DNA of 64,000 nucleotides from Octopus vulgaris (lineage: Eukaryota). The position numbers and the translations under genes were made by a program. The stretch covers positions 67,270,001-67,334,000 of the forward strand of contig OX597824.1 of assembly GCA_951406725.2 (NCBI GenBank), written 5' to 3'. The notes beneath the pieces were generated by a model. It did not search any database, had not been told where the DNA came from, and worked only from the letters and a program-made list of their open reading frames with translations. This document shows, piece after piece, positions 1-12,290 of this stretch (position 1 is its first letter; each line of letters opens with the position of its first letter).

Positions 1-321
1 TGGCATCAGAACTAAGCTGACTGTACAAGAAGACTTTAGGTAAACAAGTGTCTTCCATATGTACAACATGACCAACCAACCTACCTTAGTTAATAAAGCA
101 GTGAAGATGGAATGAGTCTAGTCATTTGATATCCTGGATAGGTCTGAATCCCCACATGGAACAACATGGCAAAACATCAAACTGAGAAGATGTTTCCTGC
201 TAAACTCCCAGTCTTTGAAGTGACAAGATGGTCTAATATATTTATATCTACATGTGTGAGAGGGAAAGGTGAATGGCTTACCAGAACCCACTCTCAGCAA
301 TAAAGAAAGGCTTGGTTCTAT

Positions 322-350
322 TTATCTAAGATTCAATTCAACTAGAAGTT
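322..350 (-). CDS. Tentative next/terminal exon of the DSL-like gene (QLLVELNLR*)
   Basis: Strong pyrimidine-rich acceptor (ccctttcccttttcacttttgatacag|) is phase-1 compatible and reaches TAA after 9 codons. A G|GTAAGC donor at 282/281 and other nearby AGs allow alternative readings. Confidence 0.3.
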
Positions 351-1412
351 CTGTATCAAAAGTGAAAAGGGAAAGGGTAAGAAACAATGATTTATAGTAT
401 ATCTAAGGGCATTTGTGATAAAAACATAAATACCAGATTTTATCTTGTTAATAGACAAGGAAAAAAGATGAAAAGGAAAAGATTGAATAAAGAGAAAAGG
501 AAGAGAGAGAAAAAAGAAAGAGAAAATAAAGGAAAAATGGAAAGCTAATCCCTAATCGCATATCTGTATCTATATCCATAACCATTATGCGAGAGCAAGA
601 TAAGAGAGAGAAATTAATATGGATAAAAAATTTGAGGAAATGGGATTTTAATGATGAAATGGATGTGTCCTAATAAGGAATTTGAAAACAAATAAAATTG
701 AAATATGAAAACCTCATATTAAACAGCAAAATTATAATATTATAACAATAGTAAATATTATGTATTAATTAAAAAGGTAATTAAATAGCATTTAAAAAGT
801 AATGAAAACCAATATATAGAATATAAAAAAGTTAGAAATTGTACGCTGCAAGTGATGGAAGATATAGTTGGAGTGTGAAAATAATGTTAATAATAATAAC
901 AATAAATAATAAACAAATATCATAAAAAATATATTGTAGAAGGAAGGCACAATGCGATACATAAATTTTATTGACAAGTAAAGTATGGGGTGAGTTAGAT
1001 ACATAAAAAAAGGAAAAATTAGTGTATTTTATCATAGATTATAAACATATATATATATAATATGTATCTGTGAGTGTAATCTTGTCCATTTGCCTTAATA
1101 ATCCATGATGGTTGTAAATGAGCAATACCATAATACAAGCAGTGTTGTTTCCAGTTTTCTGTGGAAAAAAATCTCTGGCCACAGAGAAATATTGCCCTGC
1201 TTGGAAACAGATGAAGTTTGGTGATAGGAATGGCATCAGGCCACAGCAAATTTTGTTTGACCCATGAAAGCATGGAAAAGTGGGCATTAAATGATGTTGA
1301 TGATGATGAGCTTTTAAAGAAATTTCCATTGATTAGTTCAAAAACAATAAATAAATAAATAAAAATAAAATTTTAAAAATAGAAAGAAAGAGAGTAACCA
1401 ACAATTGCTTAC

Positions 1413-1481
1413 GTTTAGGGGAGGAATCAGATTGTCTTCGGACTCTTGCCTTGGAAAATTCTAGTATTTCTGGAGATGGAC
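1413..1481 (-). CDS. Delta/DSL-like gene, coding exon 6 (completes the last DSL Cys; linker with RVRR)
   Basis: Acceptor ttttattctcttcacag|, donor C|GTAAGC; phase 1 to 1. T+GT restores the sixth DSL cysteine, followed by PSPEILEFSKARVRRQSDSSPK. Confidence 0.7.
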
Positions 1482-2335
1482 CTGTGAAGAGAATAAAATG
1501 GACGGAAGTTAGGTTGACATGACAAAGAACTTTTCTGTGTTACTGCGATCCTGAGAATGATAACATCCTGAGCTTTGCTCTGGATAGGACAAGCTGTAGC
1601 ATGAACCAAAGTGAGCCATGGAGTGAACCATGCCCATGAGTTGAGCCATGGCCATGGAGTGAGCCATGGTTGGTAAGATTTACACTTTCCATGCCAATAT
1701 ATCTGAAACTACCTGTTCGAATAAACACAACTGTCTTCACATGACACACTTCAAATTACTCCACTAAACACGATACTCCAATAAATACAAACTCACAATG
1801 ATCTCAACGACATCCTACGACTTCACTTGCAAGTGATGGTTGTATACTAGCAATTATTTTTTTCTATAAATTCTGTTGTAAGACACAGTTCTGTCTGTGT
1901 GGCAAGAACTTTGTTTCTTAGCTATATGTTTCTGGATTTAGCATCAGTGTGTGCCACCAAATGTCTCCTACTATAGCCCCGTGTGTGTGTTTGTGTGTGT
2001 GTGTGTGGCTGTGTGTTTGTGCTTGTCCAAAACTTGAATGCCATTGCAAAGAGATTTTCTCTTTTGAACAAGAGAGAAGAAACTTTATCTCACCTCTCCT
2101 ACACACACACACACACATACACACACACACACACATGTGTGTATGTATACAATTCCCCACAAAATAAAGTTACATATACATAGTTGAACTTTTAACCTTT
2201 AATCATTGTAGCCAAAATACTGAGTACTGAATTCTTTTAGACATATTCATCCATTTAGACTTTTGCCTTTATCAATTTTTAATTTTTTGCTTTCTTTAAT
2301 ATATACATACATATATATAAATACATACATAATAC

Positions 2336-2379
<44 letters not shown>

Positions 2380-2495
2380 CATATATAATAACTATCTAGA
2401 AATATATATATATATATATATATAAAATATACTTTATTGAAATAATAAAGTTTCGCCAAAATTAAACATATACAAACAAATACATACATTTTATA

Positions 2496-2537
<42 letters not shown>

Positions 2538-2544
2538 CCCCCTC

Positions 2545-2748
2545 TCGGTTTCCATGGCATGTGTTCCCCAGCTGGACGGGACACTAGTCCATCGCAGTGT
2601 TACTCATTTTTGCCAGCTGAGTGGACTGGAGCAATGTGAAATGAAGTGTTTTGCTCAAGAACACAACGCATTGCCCAGTCCAGGAATGGAAACCACAATC
2701 TTACGAGCATGATGCTGACACCCTAACCACTAAGCCACATGCCTCCAC
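2545..2748 (-). mobile_element. tRNA-derived SINE family D
   Basis: Minus-strand head ggaggcatgtggcttagtggttaggg...ttcttgagcaaaacact...gcgatggactagtgtcccgtccag. Copies near 25140, 27450, 45790 and 58190. Confidence 0.75.
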
Positions 2749-2993
2749 TGTGTTTTTGTTTACAGTTGTGCTTCTTGGAAAATCATGAGCCACAAACTGG
2801 TGTTGTTGCCAATTTTTCAATCAAGTGAATGATCTGCTGGTCTTGCCGCTTCGTATATCTGTGACACAGGTGGTCCCTTATTTAAAAAAAATGGAGCTAG
2901 CAACAGGGAGCACATCAAGTTGAAAAATAACATCCCTAAAATCCTTGCATGGAAAATAGATGTAAAAATAAATGAACACATGAATGTATACAT

Positions 2994-3600
2994 CGTGTGT
3001 GTGTCTATGTGTGTATGTGAGTGTGTATGGTGTATGTATTGGTGTGTATGTATGTGTGAGTATTTGTGTGGTGAGTGTATATGTGTGTGTATGTGTGTAT
3101 GTGTATGGTATGTATGGTGTGTGTATGTATGTGTGTGAGTATTTGTGTGGTGAGTGTATATGTGTGTGTGTGTGTGTATGTGTGTATGTGTATGTTGTAT
3201 GTATTGGTGTGTATGTATGTGTGTGAGTATTTGTGTGGTGAGTGTATATGTGTGTATGTGTATGGTGTATGTATTGGTGTGTATGTATGTGTGTGAGTAT
3301 TTGTGTGGTGAGTGTATATGTGTGTGTGTGTATGTGTGTATGTGTATGGTGTATGTATTGGTGTGTATGTATGTGTGTGAGTATTTGTGTGGTGAGTGTA
3401 TATGTATGTGAGTATTTGTGTGTGTATGTGTGTGGTATATGTATTGGTGTGCATGTATGTGTGAGTATTTGTGTGGTGAGTGTATATGTGTGTGTGTTTG
3501 TGTGGTGTGTGTATATGCATGTATGTGTGTGTAGAGTATGTGTGTGGTGTGTGTGTGTGTGTGTGGGGGGTGTATGAGTGTGTCTATGTCTGTGTGGATA
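2994..3600. repeat. GT-rich higher-order minisatellite (~70-90-bp unit)
   Basis: gtgagtatttgtgtggtgagtgtatatg...gtatgtattggtgtgtatg recurs about 6 times. Confidence 0.85.
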
Positions 3601-3742
3601 TGTGTACATACAAACCTGTGTAGATGACAGTCCACAGTCCAACATTTCTTTGAATGGCTCTGTCAATATTAACAAAATTATTGTAAGTTGTTCATCCAGG
3701 TTTCAAAGAACATTCCAGAATACTTACCTACATAACCGAATT

Positions 3743-4007
3743 ACACACACACACCCACACACACACACACACACACACAAGCACATACACACACACTCAC
3801 TCACAAATACACACATACACACACACTCACAAATACACACATACTCATTGATGCTCACTCACAAACACACACATCAACAAATATATACACATGCTCCCAC
3901 ATATACACAAAGCACACACACTTATTCCCAAACACACATACACACACTCTCTCATACACATTCATGCTCACTCAGACATGAACACCTACTAACATGCATG
4001 TGCACAT

Positions 4008-4045
<38 letters not shown>

Positions 4046-4275
4046 ACACACATTTATACAAGAGGCTTGCTTATCGTACACACATAGCACATATACACAT
4101 ACACACACATACACATGCTGACATGCATGCACACACATGCACACACACACACTCACACAGACACACACACAGACACACACACACACTCACACACACACAT
4201 TTATACAAGAGGCTTGCTTATCGTACACACATAGCACATATACACATACACACACACCTACACATGCACAAACAC
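3743..4275. repeat. CA-rich low-complexity tract with an internal duplication
   Basis: catttatacaagaggcttgcttatcgtacacacatagcac occurs at ~4051 and ~4198. Confidence 0.8.
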
Positions 4276-4874
4276 TAATTAGAAACACACATCTTCATAG
4301 AAATTAAAACAGGACATGATGCATAATGTAGGTGTGTGTACATAATTGTATATCTATATAAGCATGAAGTTTATGAATGTGTGTGTGTGTGTGAGTGTGT
4401 TGTGCGTGAGACCCGTCCTCCACAGCAGAAGAGTCAATGAGGCTCCTCTGGACGAAGAACAATTGTCTGAAAGAGACCTGTACTAGGGCCACATAAAAAG
4501 CACTCATGTCAGTGCCATGTGAGAGCACTTGCGCCAGTGGCACATTAAAATCACCCTGCACACATTGTAAACTGGTCAGTGTTAGGAAGGTCATTCAGCC
4601 ATAGAAACCAAACGAAATCAGACTGGAACCTGGTGCAGCTTTCCAGCTCTGGCCAAACCATACAACCCATGCCAGCATGAAAAACGGACGTTAAAGAATG
4701 ATGATAATGATTTGTCCCTGGATGTATGTGAATCACTATCTATGTGTGAGTATGTGTGCATATGCTTTTTGAGTGTGTGTGAGTGTATATATGAAAATAT
4801 ACTTGTCTTTGCTTGCATGTTTGCATGTGCATCCAGACTGACAAGCATTTACTTACTAAAACAAGTACCACAAT

Positions 4875-5293
4875 TATTATTTCTTTATTGCCCACAAGGA
4901 GCTAAACATAGAGGGGACAAACAAGGACAGACAGACAGATTAAGTCGATTACATCGACCCCAGTGCATAACTGGTACTTAATTTATCGACCCCGAAAGGA
5001 TGAAAGGCAAAGTTGACTTCGGCGGAATTTGAACTCAGAACGTAATGGCAGACGAAATACCTATTTCTTTACTACCCACAAGGGGCTAAACACAGAGAGG
5101 ACAAGCGAGGACAGACAAACAGATTAAGTTGATTATATTGATCCCAGTGTGTAACTGGTACTTATTTAATCGACCCTGAAAAGATGAAAGGCAAAGTCGA
5201 CCTCGGCGGAATTTGAACCCAGAACATAACGGCAGATGAAATACCGGTGAGCATTTTGCCTGGTGTGCTAACGATTCTGCCAGCTCGCTGCCT
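4875..5293 (-). mobile_element. tRNA-derived SINE family C (partial tandem dimer)
   Basis: Minus-strand head ggcagcgagctggcagaatcgttagc...gttcaaattccgccgaggtcgac. Copies at 24335-24546, 25894-26121 (19-bp TSD), 35797-36010, 37058-37269, 45598-45740 and 49905-50040 (~23-bp TSD). Confidence 0.85.
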
Positions 5294-5779
5294 TAAAATC
5301 CCAATTATTATTGGTATGAATGTAAATCTGTAATCTAGATATAGAAGCTGGAAGTTTTGAAGCAGTTGTCCATAGTTATCTTCTTACTCTTTGAAATATT
5401 CTCATTAGTGGCATATATATTTGCTTGCTATGAGTGTGGCTGAATACGTTTGTCAAATGCAGGACTCCAAAGCCACCTCAGGTGTCTCCATAGACCACTC
5501 ACCAACAGATTATGCTCAAATCATTATTGCAGACCTGCTTACCTGTGATGTATGTGGCAAAGTCTGTTAGACAAGATATTTGAAAATCCATCACACTCCA
5601 CCTGACAGGCTTAACCATCAGGCCGAAGAAAATGAATTCAGTTTGCAGTCTTTGTGGCAAATTCAGTAAGATTCTCACTGGTTTCCTGAATCTTGATCAA
5701 TCTCATATTCATAGGAACAATTAGTTACAAGTCAACCTGTCAATGATGGTCAAGCTCAGCTAATGAGTAGACAACCATC

Positions 5780-5994
5780 ATGTATGTATGTATGTATGTA
5801 TGTATGTATGTATGTATGTATGTATGTATGTATGTATGTATGTATGTATGTATGTATGTATGTATGTATGTGTGTGTGTATAATGTATGTATGTGTATGA
5901 TGTCTATATGTATGTAAGAATATGTCTATATTTGTATGCATATGTATCTATATATTTCTATGTATATAATGTCTGTTGCCTGTCTGCCTGTCAG

Positions 5995-6042
<48 letters not shown>
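5780..6042. repeat. (TATG)n and (TATC)n microsatellites
   Basis: Direct inspection. Many other (TA)n, (CA)n, (TTA)n/(TAG)n, (AAC)n and (CAC)n tracts occur across the window. Confidence 0.95.
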
Positions 6043-6043
<1 letters not shown>

Positions 6044-6621
6044 TTGTACACACACACACACACACACACATACACACACACACATACATGTCTGTATATG
6101 TTTGAATGTAAGTGGTGTTTGTATATGTTCATGTTTGTTTATACCTGTCCAAATAAAGCCACCAGTCAAACAGGTGAACAAGTAGACAACACAACATTAT
6201 CATGCTTGTCCCTCAATTATAGTTCTAGTAATGTCGGTATGCCGTTTTACACCTGGCAAAGATATATGTGTATTTTACCATCTGTTTTAGCCAAATTAGT
6301 TTTTAAGGAATATAAATAGATGCCTGACAAGAACAAGTTTATTTCTTTATGAAAACACTCCTATTTACCAATTCCTCAGCACACAGGCCTATCCGTACAT
6401 ATATAGAAAAACACATACACTTTCATACATATTAAGTTTAAGATCACTACCGCATGAATTGACTACTACTAACAGCAATAAGACATCTTAGAAACCACCA
6501 GCACCAACATTATCACCACCACCATATACACATTTATATGTAGTAAAAGGTTCCTTCATGAGTCATATAGACTCATAGGGCCAGTTTTCCAGTTTCTAAG
6601 GTGTATATATTCCCCACCTGT

Positions 6622-7734
6622 CTATGATGAAAAATACTCCTCCAGTACTGTTCTGACCTCATATACAGAATTCATATTTTTTCCTTCCAAATGATTTTGA
6701 AGACTGCGGAATAAATGACAATCAGATGGGACAGTGTCCAGCGAATATGGTGGGTGGGGCATTGTTTCCCATTCTAATTGCTTTAGCCTTTGAAATGTCA
6801 TTCTCGGTGTATGTGACTGAACATTAACCTGATAGAAGAACACCTTTTGTCAGAAACCAAAGACAGTTGTTTTACTTCTAGCACTGACTTAAGTTGCTGA
6901 AGCTGCTTGCAGTAAATCTCTTTTGTTATCGTTTGGTTACAGTTTAAAAGTACAAAATGGACTAAACCTTTCATGTTCCACCAAACAGATAACAACATTC
7001 TACGTGGGTGAAGGCCTCCCTTAGCCTGGGGTGCCAGTGTTTCTCCTTTCCTTACCCACTGTCATCGGCACTTGACACTTTTATAGAGAACCCATTTCTC
7101 CTCACCAGTCACTATTTGGTCCAAAAAACGTTTATTCATAAGACATGACAACAAAGGAGAACACACATTCACTCTCTGTGTACTATTAGACTCAGAAAGT
7201 TTGTGGGGAACCCATTGATCTAATTTGTTGACTTTTCCGATGGCACGCAGGTGTCAATGAATGGTTGAATGACCAAATCCAAGCTTCTCTGCTAGTTCTT
7301 CTACAGTTATGATGAGAGTTTGTCCCACCAGGGTTTGCAGGATATCCTTGTTGAGCTCTACAGATCTTCCAAGACAAGGCTCATCTTCTAGGCTGTAGTT
7401 TCTAGCTCAGAATTTCTGGATCCACCATTGACATTGGTTTACACTGATCTCCATATACTGCATTAATATACTTTGCACTTTATGTTGCGTTGTTGCCTTT
7501 ATTGAACTCATGAAGCAAAACATGCCGAATATGCTCCTTTGCCAGTTCCATTATAGCTTTGAAAAAATAACTGTTAAAATCGAACTGCACTCTTCAAAAC
7601 TTGCACTAAGAGTAAGGACAAGGTAAACTGACTACCTGCTTTTATAGTAAACTGATGCAGGTAGTTTATCCTGTCCTCCTCCGACATTTAGTTTATGCAA
7701 TTGAAAAAACCACATTATTTATAGGATGATCCAA
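6622..7734 (-). mobile_element. Decayed mariner (Tc1/mariner) transposon, one end truncated
   Basis: Fragments MLLSVWWNMKGLVHFVLL and WETMPHPPYSLDTVPSDCHLFRSLQNHL (YSPDL-like). Right TIR cattatttataggatgatccaa. Paralogous to 31133-32470. Confidence 0.9.
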
Positions 7735-7771
7735 CACACACACACACACACAGACACACACACACACACAT

Positions 7772-7835
<64 letters not shown>

Positions 7836-7839
7836 GAAT

Positions 7840-8866
7840 CAAAATGAGGGTGAAAAATTGGATATTAATTTGATAACATCAATTTAACACCAGTGGTCTA
7901 GCGTATTAAAAAACTGAGGTTCAGTAAATAGTATTACATGCATATAAGTGGGATTACCACTATGTGGACACCCTAATGCTAGAAGTAGATCCGCTATTGT
8001 CTTACCACTAAGAATTGTTCTCTAGAAAAATTTAGCAAACACCAGAAATGTAAGTGAGCAACACAAATGAAAAGAAACAAAAATATAGATTAATCATAAA
8101 CAATGTTTCACTATTAACAAATTACGTAATTTTACTTATGCAATTTATCTGTAGATCTTCAGTATGATCGTCCATACAAATATAATTTGCAGAACTACAC
8201 ACCAGACATCCATACGAGGTCGAATATGTATGTAGTTCTACCTATTACACTTGTGGTTATTTTTCATAAGCCCTCGTTTTGGCACGCTAAATTACTGGAA
8301 ATAATACGGCATAAAATAATTTACTGCAGTAGCTTTTGCCAGTTTGAGAATGTATTAATTTAAAATTAAAATTAAAATTAAAATGAGGGTGAAAAATTGG
8401 ATATTAATTTGATAACATCAATTTAACACCAGTGGTCTAGCATATTGAAAAACCGAGGTTCAGTAAATAGTATTACATACATATAAGTGGGATTACCACT
8501 ATGTGGACACCCTAATGCTAGAAGTAGATCCGCTATTGTCTTACCACTAAGAATTGTTCTCTAGAAAAATTTAGCAAACACCAGAAAGGTAAGTGAGAAA
8601 GACAAATGAAAAGTAACGAAAGTATAGATTAATCATAAACAATGTTTCACTATTAACAAATTACATAATTTTACTTACGCAATTTATCTGTAGATCTTCA
8701 GTGGTAATCCCTCTTATACGCATGTAATACTATTTACTGAACCTCAGTTTTTTAATATCCTAGACCACTGGTGTTAAATTGATGTTATCAAATTAATATC
8801 CAATTTTTCACCCTCATTTTAATTTTAATTTTAAATTAATACGTTCTCAAACCGGCAAAAGCTACT
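7840..8866. mobile_element. Penelope-like unit: ~540-bp tandem repeat plus inverted terminal segment
   Basis: aaaatgagggtgaaaaattgg starts at ~7840 and ~8380; the segment ~8700-8866 is an inverted copy; contains hammerhead motifs. Confidence 0.7.
8092..8169 (-). ncRNA. Hammerhead ribozyme motif
   Basis: Stem I gatcata/tatgatt; CUGAAGA; stem II cta/tag with an inner AU-rich helix; GAAA; stem III aca-t-tgt; GUU site. A second copy at ~8631-8702 is truncated by the inversion. Confidence 0.7.
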
Positions 8867-8949
8867 GTTCCCTTTCTTCTTTGCTTTCATTTTTTTTCTG
8901 ATGAAGGATTTAAGTCCAAAACAGTAGCTGAAGTAGAAATGGTACTTAC

Positions 8950-9082
8950 AGTATTCATTTACAGTGCCAAGTTGACAGACTTTATTTCCTGCCTTATCAC
9001 AAGAGAACAGCTGGTGTTTTGTTGCATCACAGAATGTATTGCAGTTGGTACCATAGAAATAATTTGCACAGCTCCATAAAAG
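8950..9082 (-). CDS. Delta/DSL-like gene, coding exon 5 (DSL domain)
   Basis: Poly-T tract, then first AG ctgcag|; donor T|GTAAGT; phase 0 to 1. Encodes LLWSCANYFYGTNCNTFCDATKHQLFSCDKAGNKVCQLGTVNEY(C), with the cysteine spacing of the DSL consensus C..YYG..C..FC....C...G.K.C..G....C. Confidence 0.85.
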
Positions 9083-9205
9083 CTGCAGTTGATGTGTATC
9101 AGAAGTTTCATGTTTGAGAAAAAAAAAAGGAAGTGTGAATTTTAAGAATAGGAATGATATGCAATATATCAATATATATCAATATCAATATATATATACA
9201 TATAT

Positions 9206-9244
<39 letters not shown>

Positions 9245-9418
9245 TATATACTGCAAAAAGAAAATGGAGGGGATACAGAAATGACATATATCAACTGTTA
9301 GACATTCTATTATGTCTATTTATTTATTCTAAAGCATTTGTAAGAATACATACATATGCAAAGACTGTGTATTACAGACATATGTACTAGTAATACATAA
9401 AAGAGTAAAAGAACAGTT

Positions 9419-9541
9419 CCTTATGGCCGTTTCTGCCAAGAGGCCACTATACCCTCCATGTCATTTCCATCTCTTCAGTATTCTGCAGGGATTGGTAGAT
9501 AAAATTTGAGTATTGAATGTGCCTCAAGGCTTCATCAGAGG
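9419..9541 (-). ncRNA. Hammerhead-like motif, long stem II
   Basis: Stem I cct/agg; CUGAUGA; stem II gcc..gaggc / gcctc..ggc; GAAAcggccaUA (one mismatch from a palindrome). Confidence 0.55.
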
Positions 9542-10633
9542 GTCAAAATGAGGGTCTAAAAGGTTAAGAGGGCCAATGCATATATATATATATATATATA
9601 TATATAAAGGGGTTAGTATTATTGTGTATAGAGGGATATATATTATTCAAAGAAATTCCAACTCTGTCTGTTTTTTGTTTTATTTATATTCTTTATAATA
9701 TTAATGTAGAATATAGAATATATAGTATAAATAATATATATATATAGTAAAATGAAATGAAGTATTGATTGTCGTATTGAATAGATGAAATATTGAATAT
9801 AAAATATTAAGGGACTAGTATACTTTCTTGCATTATAGCAGTCTTCAGTCTTCATATATATACACACACACACACACACACATGCACACACACATATATA
9901 TATATATATACACACACATACATACACACACACATATACATAAGAATCAATTACCAATAGGTACAGTATATTATTCTTATAGAAGAGGGTATAAGAAGAA
10001 CAGGAGCAAAATAGGAGCAAACAGTATAGCATGAGAGGAGTACAACTTAGTAGAAATGGTAAGGTATATGAAAGGGAAGAAAAAAATATATATGTATAGA
10101 CATATATAGATTTCATATGTTGCTTTCCAAAGTTCATGTTATTTTGTCCGATGGTAAATCGATGGGTATAGTCATTCTTAGGATGAGTTTTTTAGGGAAG
10201 GTGGATTCAGGCAGTGGTTCATATTCTGCCTACATATAAATACATGATAAGTTTACAGTTGTGGGTTTGAGAGTATGGTCCGCATTTCGGAGGTGAAAGT
10301 TTATATTTATATTTATAATGGCAGCTAAAGAGAGTATGGCACCATGTGGTGGTCAAGGTATAGTGTTTTAGAATAAATGTTTTAGAATGAATAAATAGAC
10401 ATAATAGAATGTCTAACAGTTGATATATGTCATTTCTGTATCCCCTTCATTGTCTTTTTGCCATATAAAGGGTAAACAACTTTTTACTCTCACCCATTTA
10501 TTACATTCGATTGTGAAATTACCACGCAATAACCAGCACTTGAGTATTATCAAGAATTGGGTACTCTACCAGCAGTATATTGGATAGGTACTATCCCTTA
10601 GTTGGTTGGATTCACAACCTCTAACTCTCACGG

Positions 10634-10670
<37 letters not shown>

Positions 10671-10795
10671 TGAGGGTACTACTATTCGTAGATACCAACA
10701 CGCTAAGAGGGACCAATGCGGTCAAAACTACTAAAAATAAACAAAATTTTACCGAATGCAAAACTTCAAAACACATCATTTTAAAAAAGAATTCA

Positions 10796-10859
10796 GTTAC
10801 ATATCACATGTGATTTCGCATTTAATGCAGAATATGCATTTCATGTTCATCAGTGCAAC
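10796..10859 (-). ncRNA. Hammerhead ribozyme motif (left arm, mirror copy)
   Basis: Reverse complement of 10977-11040. Confidence 0.75.
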
Positions 10860-10976
10860 AAACTCAAGAAATATAAGAGAAAAACATAACATAACATAAC
10901 ATACATGCTACAACGAATTCTACGGTTGGCTATCGAGCTTGTAATGTTATGTTTTTCTCTTATATTTCTTGAGTTT

Positions 10977-11040
10977 GTTGCACTGATGAACATGAAATGC
11001 ATATTCTGCATTAAATGCGAAATCACATGTGATATGTAAC
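10977..11040 (+). ncRNA. Hammerhead ribozyme motif (right arm of inverted repeat)
   Basis: Stem I gttgca/tgtaac; CUGAUGA; stem II cat/atg plus aatgca/tgcatt; GAAA; palindrome atcacatgtgat; AUA site. Confidence 0.75.
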
Positions 11041-11276
11041 TGAATTCTTTTTAAAATGATGTGTTTTGAAGTTTTGCATTCGGTAAAATTTTGTTTATTT
11101 TTAGTAGTTTTGACCGCATTGGTCCCTCTTAGCGTGTTGGTATCTACGAATAGTAGTACCCTCAATATAATATAAATGAATGTTTTCAAAGAGGAAGAAT
11201 TTACGGATTTTTTCTCTTACGAGGTTTTTTCACGCTGACTACTGATAATTTCTTTTAAAGATTTTATCCTCAATTG

Positions 11277-11313
<37 letters not shown>

Positions 11314-11315
<2 letters not shown>

Positions 11316-12096
11316 CCTTAGGCTACCTCAAGCCGTAATCCCATCTTTCCCCATCTTTCCGCCATCGGCGGTCTTTCCCCCTCTTCTTCTTCTTATGCTA
11401 AAACTTGAAAATCGCCATTACCATTACGATTCTACAATTTAAATTCCCAATTCAACTTACTTTCTTCTTCAATTTCAACTCCCGGTCGATGCCCGCAGCA
11501 AGTTCTTAAAAATTTATCTTACTATTTTTATTCGTTGTTACTACGTTTATTCATACATTGATAACTTGATTCGTCTTACCCATCTCACTCACTACGAAAA
11601 TTTAACCTTTTAGGCTACTTTCAAGCCTTCGCCATAACTTGATTTATCTTTCCTATCTCTCTCTCTACGAAATTTAACCTTAGTTTACCTCAAGCCGTAA
11701 TCCCATCTTTCCCCATCTTTCCGCCATCGGCGGTCTTTCCCCCTCTTCTTCTTCTTATGCTAAAACTTGAAAATCGCCATTACCATTACGATTCTGCAAT
11801 TTAAATTCCCAATTCAACTTACTTTCTTCTTCAATTTCAACTCCCGGTCGATGCCCGCAGCAAGTTCTTAAAAATTTATCTTACTATTTTTATTCGTTGT
11901 TACTACGTTTATTCATACATTGATAACTTGATTCGTCTTACCCATCTCACTCACTACGAAAATTTAACCTTTTAGGCTACTTTCAAGCCTTCGCCATAAC
12001 TTGATTTATCTTTCCTATCTCTCTCTCTACGAAATTTAACCTTAGGCTACCTCAAGCCGTAATCCCATCTTTTCCCATCTTTCCGCCATCGGCGGT
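11314..12096 (+). repeat. 362-bp tandem monomers (~2.2 copies) at the RTE 5' end
   Basis: aaccttag..tacctcaagccgtaatcccatc starts at 11314, 11676 and 12038 with near-identical units. Confidence 0.9.
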
Positions 12097-12111
12097 GCGC
12101 CCGCCCCCCCC

Positions 12112-12290
12112 ACCCCCACCACCAATACCGATGAACACTGTTCTCACCCCCACCACCAATACCGGTGAACACTGTTCTCACCCCCACCACCAATACCGGT
12201 GAACACTGTTCTCACCGCCACCACCAATACCGGTGAACACTGTTCTCACCCCCACCACCAATACCAGTATACCCTGTTCTCACCATCTAC
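12112..12290 (+). repeat. 33-bp minisatellite in the RTE 5' UTR
   Basis: ccccaccaccaataccggtgaacactgttctca repeated about 5 times. Confidence 0.85.

Larger units (their letters stand above)
10661..11280. mobile_element. (TA)n-flanked Penelope-like unit with ~230-bp near-perfect inverted repeat
   Basis: Arms 10661-10892 and 10944-11174, ~50-bp spacer, hammerhead in each arm, unique ~100-bp tail. Confidence 0.7.

Noticed and set aside
1540-1749. ORF with HGSLHG-HGSTHG repeats upstream of DSL exon 6
   Set aside because: Short gagccatgg-type tandem repeat; no phase-compatible donor/acceptor pair found.
2817-4278. Long His/Thr- and Val/Cys-rich ORFs
   Set aside because: Translations of CA/GT micro- and minisatellites; no splice or domain evidence.
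5420-5605. CxxC zinc-finger-like text (TCDVCGKVC) and a minus-strand GTAAGC donor
   Set aside because: Contains stops; looks like the decayed C-terminus of an RTE-type LINE, not an exon.
12112-12290. Regularly spaced 33-bp repeats (CRISPR-like look)
   Set aside because: No unique spacers; head-to-tail minisatellite in a eukaryotic LINE.
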